64,000 bases of DNA, taken from the NCBI GenBank assembly GCA_050249835.1, contig JBFWPT010000003.1:91878-155877 (forward strand), given 5' to 3'. The notes below the pieces were generated by a model. It saw only the letters and a program-made list of their open reading frames with translations, was not told where the DNA came from and did no database searches. Source of the stretch: Thermoleophilia bacterium. GTDB taxonomy: Bacteria > Actinomycetota > Thermoleophilia > Miltoncostaeales > Miltoncostaeaceae. Shown one piece after another: positions 43,647 to 52,530 of the stretch. Within the stretch, counting starts at the first letter, position 1. Each line of letters begins with the position of its first letter. Made by a program: the position numbers and the translations under genes.

Positions 43647-46427
43647 GTGCCCGCACCATCCCCCCCTGCCCGTTCCCGTGTCCGCCGGGGCCCGCTCGCG
43701 CTGCTCGCGCTGGCGGCCGCCCTCGTCGCGGCCCTGCTGCTCAGCGCCGCGCCGGCCTCGGCCGCCGAGCCGCCCAACCAGAACGACCCGTGCTCCGAGG
43801 GCGGCCGTGACACCTGCGGCGGCACGGGCGTCGGCTCGTACGAGCGCTACCGCTACGGCCTCCGCTGGTTCGGCGACTTCCGCGGCGTGGTGCCCGGCGC
43901 CACGCACCCGACCTTCTGCATCGACCTGCGCTTCTGGTACCCGGACCGCGAGCACGACTTCCGCGAGTTCGACAACGCGGGCCTCCGCAACAAGGAGGGC
44001 CAGGGGGTCTCGATCGCCAAGCAGCGCCGGATGGCCTACGCCCTCTGGAACTTCGGGCGCAGCAACCAGCGTGCGCAGCAGGCCGCGGTCATGCTCTACG
44101 TCCACGGCCTCATGGGCGACGGCGCGCCGGGCGAGGTCGCCAAGGACGCCATCGGCCCGCAGGTCGAGGGGATCTACGACCGGATCGCCCGGGACGCGGC
44201 CCGGTACCACGGGCCCTACCGCCTCGACGCCCGCATCCCCGGCGGCCTGACCGCCGGCAAGCCGGCGACCGGCACGGTGCGCCTGCTGTCGGCCAGCGGG
44301 CGCCCGGTGCCGGGCGTGCGCATCACGCTCTCGGCGACGGGCGCCTCCGGCGTCCCGGCGGTGGTCCGCACGAACTCCTCGGGCGTGGGGACGATCCGGT
44401 TCACCCCGACGACCGGCACGGGCGTGACCATCGAGGCCCGCAGCGAGGAGATCGCCTCGACGCTGCCGCGCCTCTTCCGGCCCACGACCGGCGGCGCGCA
44501 GGTCAACGGCCAGCGCCTCGCCTCCGCCGAGAGCCAGCGCGTGTCCGCCACCGCCACCCAGGTCTCCTCGAAGGCGACGATCTCCGTCACCACCACGGCG
44601 TTCCCGGCGAAGCTCCTGGTGGGCCAGGCCAACCGCGACAAGGTCACCATCAGCGGCCTGCCCTCGGGCCGGCGCACGACGGTCACCTCGCTCCTGTTCG
44701 GGCCGTTCCGCACGCGCGAGTCCATCCGGTGCGACGGCACCCCGGTCGCGCGGAACACGGTGGAGCGGACCCGGTCCGGGACCTTCGGGACACCCGTGGT
44801 GCGCCCGACGCAGCCCGGCTACTACACCTACCAGCTCGTCATCGCGGGGGACCAGGCGTTCGACCCCGTGACGACACCGTGCGGGATACCCGCCGAGACC
44901 TTCGTCGTGGAGCGGCAGCCCACGGTCACGACGAAGGTGAGCTCGCAGTCCGTGACGCCGGGAACCGCCGTCACCGACACGGTCATCGTCAGCGGCCTCG
45001 CCGACGAGGACGCGGTCGTGCGCGCGGCGCTCTACGGGCCGTTCCCGAGCCGGGCCGCGATCCGCTGCGACACGCCGCCGGTCTGGGCGGGCAACCTCCC
45101 CGTGACCGGGGACGGGGAGTACCTCACGCCCCCGGTGACCCTCACCACGCCCGGCTACTACACCTACAAGGAGTGGCTGGACGCGGTGCCGTTCGTGCGC
45201 GCGGCGGAGACGCAGTGCGCCGAGGTCGCCGAGACCACGGTGGTCACCGGGACGCCGCAGGTGACCACCCAGGTCAGCGACCAGACGACGGCTCCCGGCT
45301 CGGTCATCACCGACAGCGTCGTGGTCACCGGCCTCGGCGCCCTGGAGGCGTCGGTCAACGTCTCCCTCTGGGGCCCCTTCCCGAGCCGCGAGGCCATCGT
45401 CTGCACCGGGACCCCGTACTGGACCGGCGCGATCACCGTGACCGGCGACGGCACCTACACGACGCCCCAGGTCACCCTCGACCGGGCCGGCTACTACACC
45501 TACACGGAGTCGATCGCCGGCACCGAGGCGCACGGCCCGACGGCCACCGCGTGCGGCGACGCGGCCGAGACCACCCTCGCCACGGCTGCCCCGCAGGTCA
45601 CCACGGTCGTCTCCAAGGAGGTCGTGAGGCCGGGCGCCGCCGTCTACGACACGCTGCGCGTCACGGGGCTCGGCAAGACGAGCGTGGAGGTCGAGGCGGA
45701 GCTGTTCGGGCCGTTCCCGACGCGCGCCGCGATCCGCTGCACCGGCACCCCGGTCTGGCGCGGGACGGTGACCGCGAACGGCGACGGCACCTACCGGACG
45801 GCGACCACGAAGCTGCCCAAGGTGGGGCTCTACACCTACCGCGAGCGGATCGTGGGATCGGAGACGGTCACCGGCACGCGCACCGAGTGCGCCCTGGTGG
45901 AGGAGACCTCGCTCGCGATGCCGGCGGTCAACACCGGCCGCGGTGACGAGGGCTCCGGCGCCCGCCTGCTGCAGGCCGGCACGGCGCGGCCCACCCGGCT
46001 GCGGTTCACCCGCCTCGGCATCGACGCGCCGGTGGCGCCGGTCGGCATCGACCTGCGCAAGGGCGAGCTCGACGTGCCGGACGACGTCCGCCGCACCGGC
46101 TGGTGGCGCGACGGCGCGGCCCCGGGCGACGCCCGCGGCTCGGTGCTCATCGCCGGGCACGTGGACAGCCGCCGCCAGGGCGAGGGCGCCTTCTTCCGGT
46201 TCGACGACGCCCGGGTGGGCGACCGCGTCGAGGTCCGGACGGCCGACGGCCGCACCCGCACCTACCGGGTGACGCAGACCCGCCACCTGCCCAAGGGCAG
46301 GCTGCCCGCGTCGATCTGGTCGCTGAAGGGGCGCCACCGGCTCACGTTGGTCACCTGCGGCGGGCCCTTCGACCAGGCGGCGGGGCGCTACGTGGACAAC
46401 CTGATGATCACGGCCGTCCCGGTCTGA
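43647..46427 (+). CDS. secreted multidomain protein: adhesin-like N-domain + 4 Ig-like repeats + C-terminal class F sortase domain
   Basis: Signal ...APASA/AEP; FCIDL / AQQAAVMLY motifs; four 112-aa repeats; sortase motifs LIAGHVD, RLTLVTCGG, RYVDNLMITA. Confidence 0.9.
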   Translation: MPAPSPPARSRVRRGPLALLALAAALVAALLLSAAPASAAEPPNQNDPCSEGGRDTCGGTGVGSYERYRYGLRWFGDFRGVVPGATHPTFCIDLRFWYPDREHDFREFDNAGLRNKEGQGVSIAKQRRMAYALWNFGRSNQRAQQAAVMLYVHGLMGDGAPGEVAKDAIGPQVEGIYDRIARDAARYHGPYRLDARIPGGLTAGKPATGTVRLLSASGRPVPGVRITLSATGASGVPAVVRTNSSGVGTIRFTPTTGTGVTIEARSEEIASTLPRLFRPTTGGAQVNGQRLASAESQRVSATATQVSSKATISVTTTAFPAKLLVGQANRDKVTISGLPSGRRTTVTSLLFGPFRTRESIRCDGTPVARNTVERTRSGTFGTPVVRPTQPGYYTYQLVIAGDQAFDPVTTPCGIPAETFVVERQPTVTTKVSSQSVTPGTAVTDTVIVSGLADEDAVVRAALYGPFPSRAAIRCDTPPVWAGNLPVTGDGEYLTPPVTLTTPGYYTYKEWLDAVPFVRAAETQCAEVAETTVVTGTPQVTTQVSDQTTAPGSVITDSVVVTGLGALEASVNVSLWGPFPSREAIVCTGTPYWTGAITVTGDGTYTTPQVTLDRAGYYTYTESIAGTEAHGPTATACGDAAETTLATAAPQVTTVVSKEVVRPGAAVYDTLRVTGLGKTSVEVEAELFGPFPTRAAIRCTGTPVWRGTVTANGDGTYRTATTKLPKVGLYTYRERIVGSETVTGTRTECALVEETSLAMPAVNTGRGDEGSGARLLQAGTARPTRLRFTRLGIDAPVAPVGIDLRKGELDVPDDVRRTGWWRDGAAPGDARGSVLIAGHVDSRRQGEGAFFRFDDARVGDRVEVRTADGRTRTYRVTQTRHLPKGRLPASIWSLKGRHRLTLVTCGGPFDQAAGRYVDNLMITAVPV
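44577..45926 (+). repeat. four tandem ~336-nt coding repeats (112-aa modules) within 43647..46427
   Basis: Modules begin (P)xVTTxVS at ~44580, 44919, 45255 and 45591; shared GPFPSRxAIRCxGTPxW...GDGxYxTP...GYYTY with 2 conserved Cys each. Confidence 0.85.
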
Positions 46428-46524
46428 CCGGCCGGGCCTGACCGTCCACGGGTACTAGGCTGACGGCGCGCCGGCGACGGCCGGCGCGCCGACCGCCTGC
46501 CCAGCCCGCGGGGAAAGGGGGTTC

Positions 46525-48465
46525 ATGACCGGCCCATCGCCTGCGCGCCTGCCCGAGCGCCTGCGCGACGCCCGGCGGTCGCTGACCGTCACCTTCGGCG
46601 TGCTCCTGGGCCTCATCCTCCTGCTGCTCGTGGTCGGGATCGGCGTGTCGCGGGCGGTCCACCAGAGCGCCACGGAGGAGTACGTCGAGGACGCGATCCC
46701 GCTGAAGGCGGCGGTCCAGGACCTCGTGACCCAGATGGTCAACCAGCAGAGCAGCGTCCGCGCCTTCCTGCTCACCGAGGACGACACCAAGCTCGTCGTG
46801 TACCTGGGCGCCCGGAGGGGGGTGGAGGCCGACCTCGCCTACATCCGCGACAACCTGGACGGCCACCCGGTCATGGCCAACCTGCTGGCGCAGGCGGAGC
46901 CGCAGATCGAGAAGCTGCAGGCGTTCTACGAGGAGCAGATCGCGCTCGGCCGCGCCGGGGCGCAGTCGCTGGAGCAGGCGCGCGAGGCGACGACGGTCGG
47001 CGAGCGGGACTTCGCCGCCTTCCGCGCGACCGCCGCGCGCATGGTCGCCGACACGGACGCCTTCGTGGAGGACGCGCGCGACGACCAGGAGCGGCTCACC
47101 AACGTCCTGACGGTCACGCTCGTCATCCTGGGCGCCCTCGCCGCCGTCGTCGCCCTGCGGCTGTCCTGGGTGATGCGGCGGCGGATCGCCGACCTGCTCT
47201 CCGACCTGGACGCCGAGCGCGCCCGCAGCGCCGAGGCCGCCGTCCGCGCCTCGGCGCTGCAGCGGGTGACGGCCGCCCTCGCCCCGGCCCTGGACGACGA
47301 GGCGGTGCTCCAGGCCCTCGCCGGGGAGGCCTCGGCGGCCGCCGGCATCGACGAGGTCGTCCTCGCGAGCCCGGGCCCCGGCGGCCAGTTCCTGGAGCGG
47401 CGCAGCCTGGGCGGCGAGACCGCGGAGCTCGACCGGCGGATCCCGATCGAGGAGGACCTGCCGCTGTCCCGGGTGGCGCGGACGGGCGAGCCCGAGTTCC
47501 ACGCCACGGTGGAGGACCTCGTCGCGGCCAACCCGGAGGCCGTCGCCGTGACGCCGGCGATCCCCGGCGCGAGCTGGGCCGTCCTCCCGATCCGCGCCGG
47601 CGTGCGTGGCCGGGGGGCGCTCGGGCTGCGGTTCGACGAGGGACGGCGCTTCGACGAGGGTGAGCGGACGTTCCTGCTCACCCTCACCGACCAGGCGGCG
47701 CTGGCGCTCGAACGCGTGCGCCTGCACCAGCAGCAGCAGGAGATCGCCCACGTCCTGCAGCAGAGCCTGCTGCCGCGGGCCCTGCCCGAGCTGGAGGGGG
47801 TCGCCCTCGCCGCCCGCTACGTGACGGGCCAGTCGGGCCAGGAGGTCGGCGGCGACTTCTACGACGTGTTCGAGGACCGCTCGGGCCGCCTGTCGGTGAT
47901 GATCGGCGACGCCTGCGGCAAGGGGCCGGAGGCCGTGGCCCTCACGGCGCTCGCCCGGTACACCGTGCGGGCGGTGGCCGACGGGGTCTCCGGCCCGGCC
48001 GAGGCCCTCGGGCGCCTCAACCGGGCGATGCGGGACCAGGGGTTCGGCACCCTGTTCCTCACCGCCGCGCACCTGACCCTGGAGCCGCGCGGCGACGGCG
48101 CGGTACGGGTGACCGCGTCCCGTGCCGGGCACCCGTTCCCGCTGGTCGTGCGCCGCGACGGGCACGTGGAGGAGCTCGGGGGGCCGGGGACGATCCTCGG
48201 CGTCTTCGACGACCCGCCCCTCGCCGACGTGACCACGGACCTCGCGCCCGGCGACACGGTCCTCGCATTCACGGACGGGCTCACCGAGGCGCGCCAGGGG
48301 ACGGCCCTGCTGGGCGACGAGGACCTGCGGCGGGCGGCCTCCGCCTGTGCCGGGCTCGGGGTGGAGGAGGCGGCGTCGCACCTGCTCGGCGTGGCGGCGG
48401 CGTTCGCCCACGGGGCCCTGCGCGACGACGTCGCGCTGGTGGTGGTCCGGATCACCCCGGCCTGA
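46525..48465 (+). CDS. CHASE3-GAF-PP2C (SpoIIE-type) sensor phosphatase
   Basis: TM + CHASE3-like (MVNQQSSVRAFLLTED), second TM, GAF-like middle, C-terminal GGDFYDV ... MIGDACGKG ... FTDGLTEA PP2C motifs. Confidence 0.9.
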   Translation: MTGPSPARLPERLRDARRSLTVTFGVLLGLILLLLVVGIGVSRAVHQSATEEYVEDAIPLKAAVQDLVTQMVNQQSSVRAFLLTEDDTKLVVYLGARRGVEADLAYIRDNLDGHPVMANLLAQAEPQIEKLQAFYEEQIALGRAGAQSLEQAREATTVGERDFAAFRATAARMVADTDAFVEDARDDQERLTNVLTVTLVILGALAAVVALRLSWVMRRRIADLLSDLDAERARSAEAAVRASALQRVTAALAPALDDEAVLQALAGEASAAAGIDEVVLASPGPGGQFLERRSLGGETAELDRRIPIEEDLPLSRVARTGEPEFHATVEDLVAANPEAVAVTPAIPGASWAVLPIRAGVRGRGALGLRFDEGRRFDEGERTFLLTLTDQAALALERVRLHQQQQEIAHVLQQSLLPRALPELEGVALAARYVTGQSGQEVGGDFYDVFEDRSGRLSVMIGDACGKGPEAVALTALARYTVRAVADGVSGPAEALGRLNRAMRDQGFGTLFLTAAHLTLEPRGDGAVRVTASRAGHPFPLVVRRDGHVEELGGPGTILGVFDDPPLADVTTDLAPGDTVLAFTDGLTEARQGTALLGDEDLRRAASACAGLGVEEAASHLLGVAAAFAHGALRDDVALVVVRITPA

Positions 48466-48515
48466 GCCGGGGACCGCCCCTCCCGGGCGGGCGCCGCGGT
48501 CGGCATGATGCCCCG

Positions 48516-49667
48516 GTGAGCGAACGGGCGGACGTCGTGGTGGTTGGGGCCGGGCCCGGGGGCGCGACGACCGCCTACCGGCTCGCGAGCGCGGGCGCGC
48601 GCGTCGTCCTGCTGGACCGGGCCACCTTCCCGCGCGACAAGCCGTGCGGCGGCGGGCTCACGGGCCGGGCCCTGCGGGTGCAGCCCATCGACGTCTCGCC
48701 GGTGGTCGAGGACGGCGTCACGACGCTCGACCTGCGCCTGCGGTACGGGCGCGTCGTGCGGCGCTCCTTCGCGGAGCCGCTCGCCCTCATGACTCAGCGC
48801 CGCCTGCTCGACGCCCACCTGGCCGCGAGCGCGGCGGACGCCGGGGCGGACTTCCGCGACGGCGTCCGGGTGCGCGGCATCGAGACGGGCCCGGACGGCG
48901 GCGTCGTCAGCCTGGAGGGCGGCGGGCGCGTGGCCGCGGACGTTGTGATCGGCGCCGACGGGGCCAACGGCGTCAGCGCCAAGGCCATGGACCTCGGCGC
49001 CGACAAGTCCTTCGGGGTCGCGCTGGAGGGCAACGCGCCCATGACCCCCGAGCGGGAGGCCTGGCACCGCTCACGGGCGACGCTGGAGATGGCCACCGTG
49101 CCCGGCGGCTACGCGTGGGTCTTCCCCAAGGGCGACCACGTGAACCTGGGGGTCGGCGGCTGGGCCGCCGAGGGCCCCAACCTGCGCGTCCACCTGGACC
49201 GGCTCTGCCGCGCCCACGGCGTCGACCCCTCCGAGCTGAGCGAGGTGCGCGGCCACCGCCTGCCCCTGCGGCGCGCCTGGGACGGGGTGGCGCGCGGGCG
49301 CGCCGCGGTCGTCGGCGACGCCGCCGGGCTGATCGACCCCCTCTCGGGGGACGGGATGTTCGAGGCGTTCCTCTCGTCGTCCCTCGTGAGCGAGGCGGCC
49401 CTCGACGTGCTGGCCGGCCGGGCGGACGGCCTCGAGCCCTACGGGGAGCGGCTGCAGCGCGCCCTGGCCGGGCACGCCGCGACCGCCTGGGCGGCCCGGG
49501 CCGCGCTGGAGCGGATCCCGGCGACGACCTGGAGCGTCCTGCGCTGGAAGCCGTCGGCGCGCTTCCTGGCGCACCGCCTCGCCACGGTCCCGCCGGAGGT
49601 GCGCGTGCCCCTCATCGGCGGCGTGGAGCGCGCCGCCCGCCGGGCCCTGGGGCCCGCGGCCGCATGA
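48516..49667 (+). CDS. geranylgeranyl reductase family FAD-dependent oxidoreductase
   Basis: DVVVVGAGPGGATTAYRLASAGARVVLLDR ... PRDKPCGGGL ... VVGDAAGLIDPLSGDG. Confidence 0.9.
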   Translation: MSERADVVVVGAGPGGATTAYRLASAGARVVLLDRATFPRDKPCGGGLTGRALRVQPIDVSPVVEDGVTTLDLRLRYGRVVRRSFAEPLALMTQRRLLDAHLAASAADAGADFRDGVRVRGIETGPDGGVVSLEGGGRVAADVVIGADGANGVSAKAMDLGADKSFGVALEGNAPMTPEREAWHRSRATLEMATVPGGYAWVFPKGDHVNLGVGGWAAEGPNLRVHLDRLCRAHGVDPSELSEVRGHRLPLRRAWDGVARGRAAVVGDAAGLIDPLSGDGMFEAFLSSSLVSEAALDVLAGRADGLEPYGERLQRALAGHAATAWAARAALERIPATTWSVLRWKPSARFLAHRLATVPPEVRVPLIGGVERAARRALGPAAA

Positions 49668-49697
49668 ATCCCCGATCGGGCGGGTAGACAAGATCTG

Positions 49698-50384
49698 ATG
49701 GGCGTCCGCATCCTGGTGGTGGACGATCAGGCCCCCGTGCGGCGGGTGGTCCGCAGGCTGCTGGAGCGCTCCGGGTACGAGGTGGACGAGGCCGACGACG
49801 GGCGCACCGCGCTCGCCGTGTTCGAGGTGGAGACCCCCGACGCCGTCGTCCTCGACGTCGTCATGCCGGTGCTGGACGGTTGGTCGACGCTCGAGCGCAT
49901 CCGCGAGCGGTCGAACGTGCCCGTGCTGATGCTCACCGGCCGCTCGGCGGAGCTCGAGCGCACCCGGGGGCTGCGCTACGGCGCCGACGACTACCTCGTC
50001 AAGCCCTTCGGGGGCGAGGAGCTGGTGGCGCGCCTGGACGTGCTCCTGCGCCGCGGCGGGGTCCCGCTCGAGGCGCCCTCCTACGCCGACGGCTTCCTCA
50101 CCCTGGACGAGGACGGGACCGCGACGGCCGGCGGCCGGCCCGTGGAGCTCTCCCGCATCGAGGCGCTGCTGCTGCGCGAGCTCGTGTCGCGGGCGGGCCG
50201 GCTCGTCCCGATCGCGGATCTCGCGCGGGCGGGGTGGGGCCCCGAGGCCGTCAGCGCCCCCGGGCAGGTGGTGATCGCGGTGGCGTGGCTGCGCGCGAAG
50301 CTCGGCGCCGGCCCGGACGGCGGGTCCCCGATCGAGACGTTGCGCGGCTTCGGGTACCGGTACGTCCCGCCCACCGGGGGCTGA
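49698..50384 (+). CDS. OmpR-family response regulator (no adjacent histidine kinase)
   Basis: ILVVDDQ ... VVLDVVMP ... ADDYLVKPF receiver; winged-helix C-terminus ...IETLRGFGYRY. Confidence 0.93.
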   Translation: MGVRILVVDDQAPVRRVVRRLLERSGYEVDEADDGRTALAVFEVETPDAVVLDVVMPVLDGWSTLERIRERSNVPVLMLTGRSAELERTRGLRYGADDYLVKPFGGEELVARLDVLLRRGGVPLEAPSYADGFLTLDEDGTATAGGRPVELSRIEALLLRELVSRAGRLVPIADLARAGWGPEAVSAPGQVVIAVAWLRAKLGAGPDGGSPIETLRGFGYRYVPPTGG

Positions 50385-50436
50385 CACCGGTCCGCACCCC
50401 CCGTCCGGGGGACTGATGGGCGGGCCCGGCGAGTCG

Positions 50437-50442
50437 TAGAGT
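50437..50442 (+). promoter_or_regulatory. -10-like hexamer TAGAGT overlapping the longest-ORF start of the permease gene
   Basis: TAGAGT 50437-50442; in-frame GTG 50450 begins 7 nt downstream, suggesting a leaderless start 3 codons inside the track ORF. Confidence 0.35.
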
Positions 50443-52354
50443 GCCCGCCGTGGCGCCCAGGTCACGTCAGCAGCAGGGGCTCGAGCGCGTGCTCGGGGCC
50501 CCCGCGCTCTTCGCCACCGCCTACGGCAACGTGGGCTCCTCGATCTACTACGCGCTCGGCGTCACGGCGGCGCTCGCCCTCGGCCTCACCCCGCTCGTCT
50601 TCCTCATCGCGGGGCTCATCTTCGCCGCAACCGCGGCCACCTACGCGGAGGGGACCGTCCGGTACCCCGAGGCCGGGGGCTCGGCGTCCTTCGCGCGCCA
50701 CGCCTTCAACGAGCTCGTCTCGTTCGGGGCCGCCTGGGCGCAGATGCTCAACTACATCATCACGATCGCCATCTCGGCGTTCTTCGTGCCCCACTACCTC
50801 TCGATCTTCTGGGAGCCGCTGAAGCAGAACCCGTGGGACGTCGTGGTCGCGGCCGGCCTGATCGTGCTGCTCGTCGTCGTGAACATCGTCGGCGTCAAGG
50901 AGGCCGCGAAGCTCAACGTCCTGCTGGCGGTGGTCGACTTCGCCACGCAGGCCCTCCTGGTGGTGCTCGGCTTCGTCCTGATCTTCTCGCCCGAGGTCCT
51001 CACGTCCAACGTGACCTTCGGGATCGCCCCGACCTGGGAGAACTTCTTCCTCGCCATCCCCGTGGCGATGATCGCCTACACCGGCATCGAGACGATCTCG
51101 AACCTCTCCGAGGAGGCGCGGGACCCCTCGCGCGACATCCCCCGCTCGATCCGCCTGGTGGCGGTGGCCGTGTACGCCATCTACTTCACCCTGCCGGCGA
51201 TCGCCCTCTCGGCCCTCCCGGTCACCGAGGGCCCGGACGGCTACACCACGCCCCTCGGCCTGCCGCCGGAGGAGGGGGGCTTCGCCAACGACCCGGTGCT
51301 CGGGATCGTTGACAACCTGGGCATCGAGGGCTTCGCCCTGAGCGCCCTGGAGACCTATGTCGGCGTCCTGGCCGCGACGATCCTGTTCATCGCCGCGAAC
51401 GCCGGGGTGATCGGCGCCTCGCGCATCACCTACTCGATGGCGAGCTACCGGCAGCTCCCGGAGCGCTTCCGGCGCCTGCACCCCCGCTTCCGGACCCCCT
51501 GGCTCGCGCTGGTCGTGTTCGCGGCCATCGCCCCGGTCATCGTGCTGCTGCCCGGCGAGACGGACTTCCTCGGGACGATGTACTCGTTCGGCGCGATGCT
51601 CTCGTTCACCGTGGCCCACGTGTCGCTCGTGGCCCTGCGGGTGCGGCGCCGCGACGAGGAGCTCGTGTACCGGGCGCGGCCGAACCTCCGCCTCGGGGGC
51701 ATCGACTGGCCGCTGTTCGCGGTGCTCGGCGGGCTCGCCACCGGGGCGGCCTGGCTCGTGGTGGTCATCCAGGAGCCCCTGACGCGCTGGGCGGGGCTGG
51801 GCTGGCTCGCCCTGGGCTTCGTCGTGTACGTCGTCTACCGGCGGCGGGTGCTGCACATGCCGCTGCGCGAGACGGTCCGGGCGCCCGCGCTCGTCATGAC
51901 GGACGGCCTGCGCATCGAGTACCGCTCCATCGTCGTCCCGGTCGTCCGGTCCGCCGAGAGCGAGGAGGCGCTCGTGGCCGCCGCCCGGCTGGCCGGTGAG
52001 CGCCGGGCGAAGGTCGCGGTCGTCCACGTCATCGAGATCCCCATGGAGCTGCCGCTCACGGCGAGCATGCCGGACGCCGAGCGGGCCGCCCACGAGCTGC
52101 TGGACGACGCCCGGGCGCTGGTCGAGAGCCGGGGCGTCCGGGCCGTGACCCGCGTCGTGCGCGCCCGGTCCGCGGGCCCGGCGATCGTGGCCGAGGCGGC
52201 CCAGCGCAACGCGGAGCTGATCGTGATCGGGGCGCCCCGCCGCGGCCTCGGCCGCCGGGCGCCCGTCTTCGGCTCCACCACCCGCCACGTGCTCAAGCAC
52301 AGCCCGGTGCGGGCGATCGTCGTCGGCGGCCGGGTGACGGAGGCCGCCGCGTGA
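50441..52354 (+). CDS. APC-superfamily permease fused to C-terminal universal stress protein domain (copy 1)
   Basis: 12-TM APC fold (FATAYGNVGSSIYYALG, TGIETISNLSEEA); C-terminal Usp IVVPV ... LIVIGAPRRG ... FGSTTRHVLKHSPVRAIVV; true start may be GTG 50450. Confidence 0.9.
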   Translation: MPAVAPRSRQQQGLERVLGAPALFATAYGNVGSSIYYALGVTAALALGLTPLVFLIAGLIFAATAATYAEGTVRYPEAGGSASFARHAFNELVSFGAAWAQMLNYIITIAISAFFVPHYLSIFWEPLKQNPWDVVVAAGLIVLLVVVNIVGVKEAAKLNVLLAVVDFATQALLVVLGFVLIFSPEVLTSNVTFGIAPTWENFFLAIPVAMIAYTGIETISNLSEEARDPSRDIPRSIRLVAVAVYAIYFTLPAIALSALPVTEGPDGYTTPLGLPPEEGGFANDPVLGIVDNLGIEGFALSALETYVGVLAATILFIAANAGVIGASRITYSMASYRQLPERFRRLHPRFRTPWLALVVFAAIAPVIVLLPGETDFLGTMYSFGAMLSFTVAHVSLVALRVRRRDEELVYRARPNLRLGGIDWPLFAVLGGLATGAAWLVVVIQEPLTRWAGLGWLALGFVVYVVYRRRVLHMPLRETVRAPALVMTDGLRIEYRSIVVPVVRSAESEEALVAAARLAGERRAKVAVVHVIEIPMELPLTASMPDAERAAHELLDDARALVESRGVRAVTRVVRARSAGPAIVAEAAQRNAELIVIGAPRRGLGRRAPVFGSTTRHVLKHSPVRAIVVGGRVTEAAA

Positions 52355-52530
52355 GCGGGCCCCGCGCCGCCGCGGTGCTGTCCGTCGCGATCATCCTGCT
52401 CGGGGTGCTCGTGGTCGTGCGCACCCTGTCGCTCGGGACGGGCGGTGGCCTCGGGCTCGTGCTCGGCGGCCTCATGATCGTCGCGGGCGCCCTGCGCCTC
52501 TGGATGGTGAAGCCGTGGCGACGCGGCTGA
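52351..52530 (+). CDS. unlisted 59-codon two-TM micro-protein
   Basis: GTG 52351 overlaps upstream TGA (GTGA); VSGPRAAAVLSVAIILLGVLVVV...LGLVLGGLMIVAGALRLW; nearly every third position G/C; below the 60-aa cutoff of the track. Confidence 0.6.
   Translation: MSGPRAAAVLSVAIILLGVLVVVRTLSLGTGGGLGLVLGGLMIVAGALRLWMVKPWRRG

Noticed and set aside
45900-45960. LAMPAVNTGRGDE linker read as an internal sortase sorting signal (P-x-x-N-T-G) or an RGD adhesion motif
   Set aside because: It does not fit LPXTG/LAXTG spacing and no hydrophobic or charged tail follows. A tripeptide RGD in a bacterial protein has negligible information content.
43443-46337. 964-aa minus-strand ORF opposite the sortase-fusion gene; likewise 46408..48411, 50462..52300 and 52293..54098
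   Set aside because: All are low-complexity antisense shadows of well-supported plus-strand genes.
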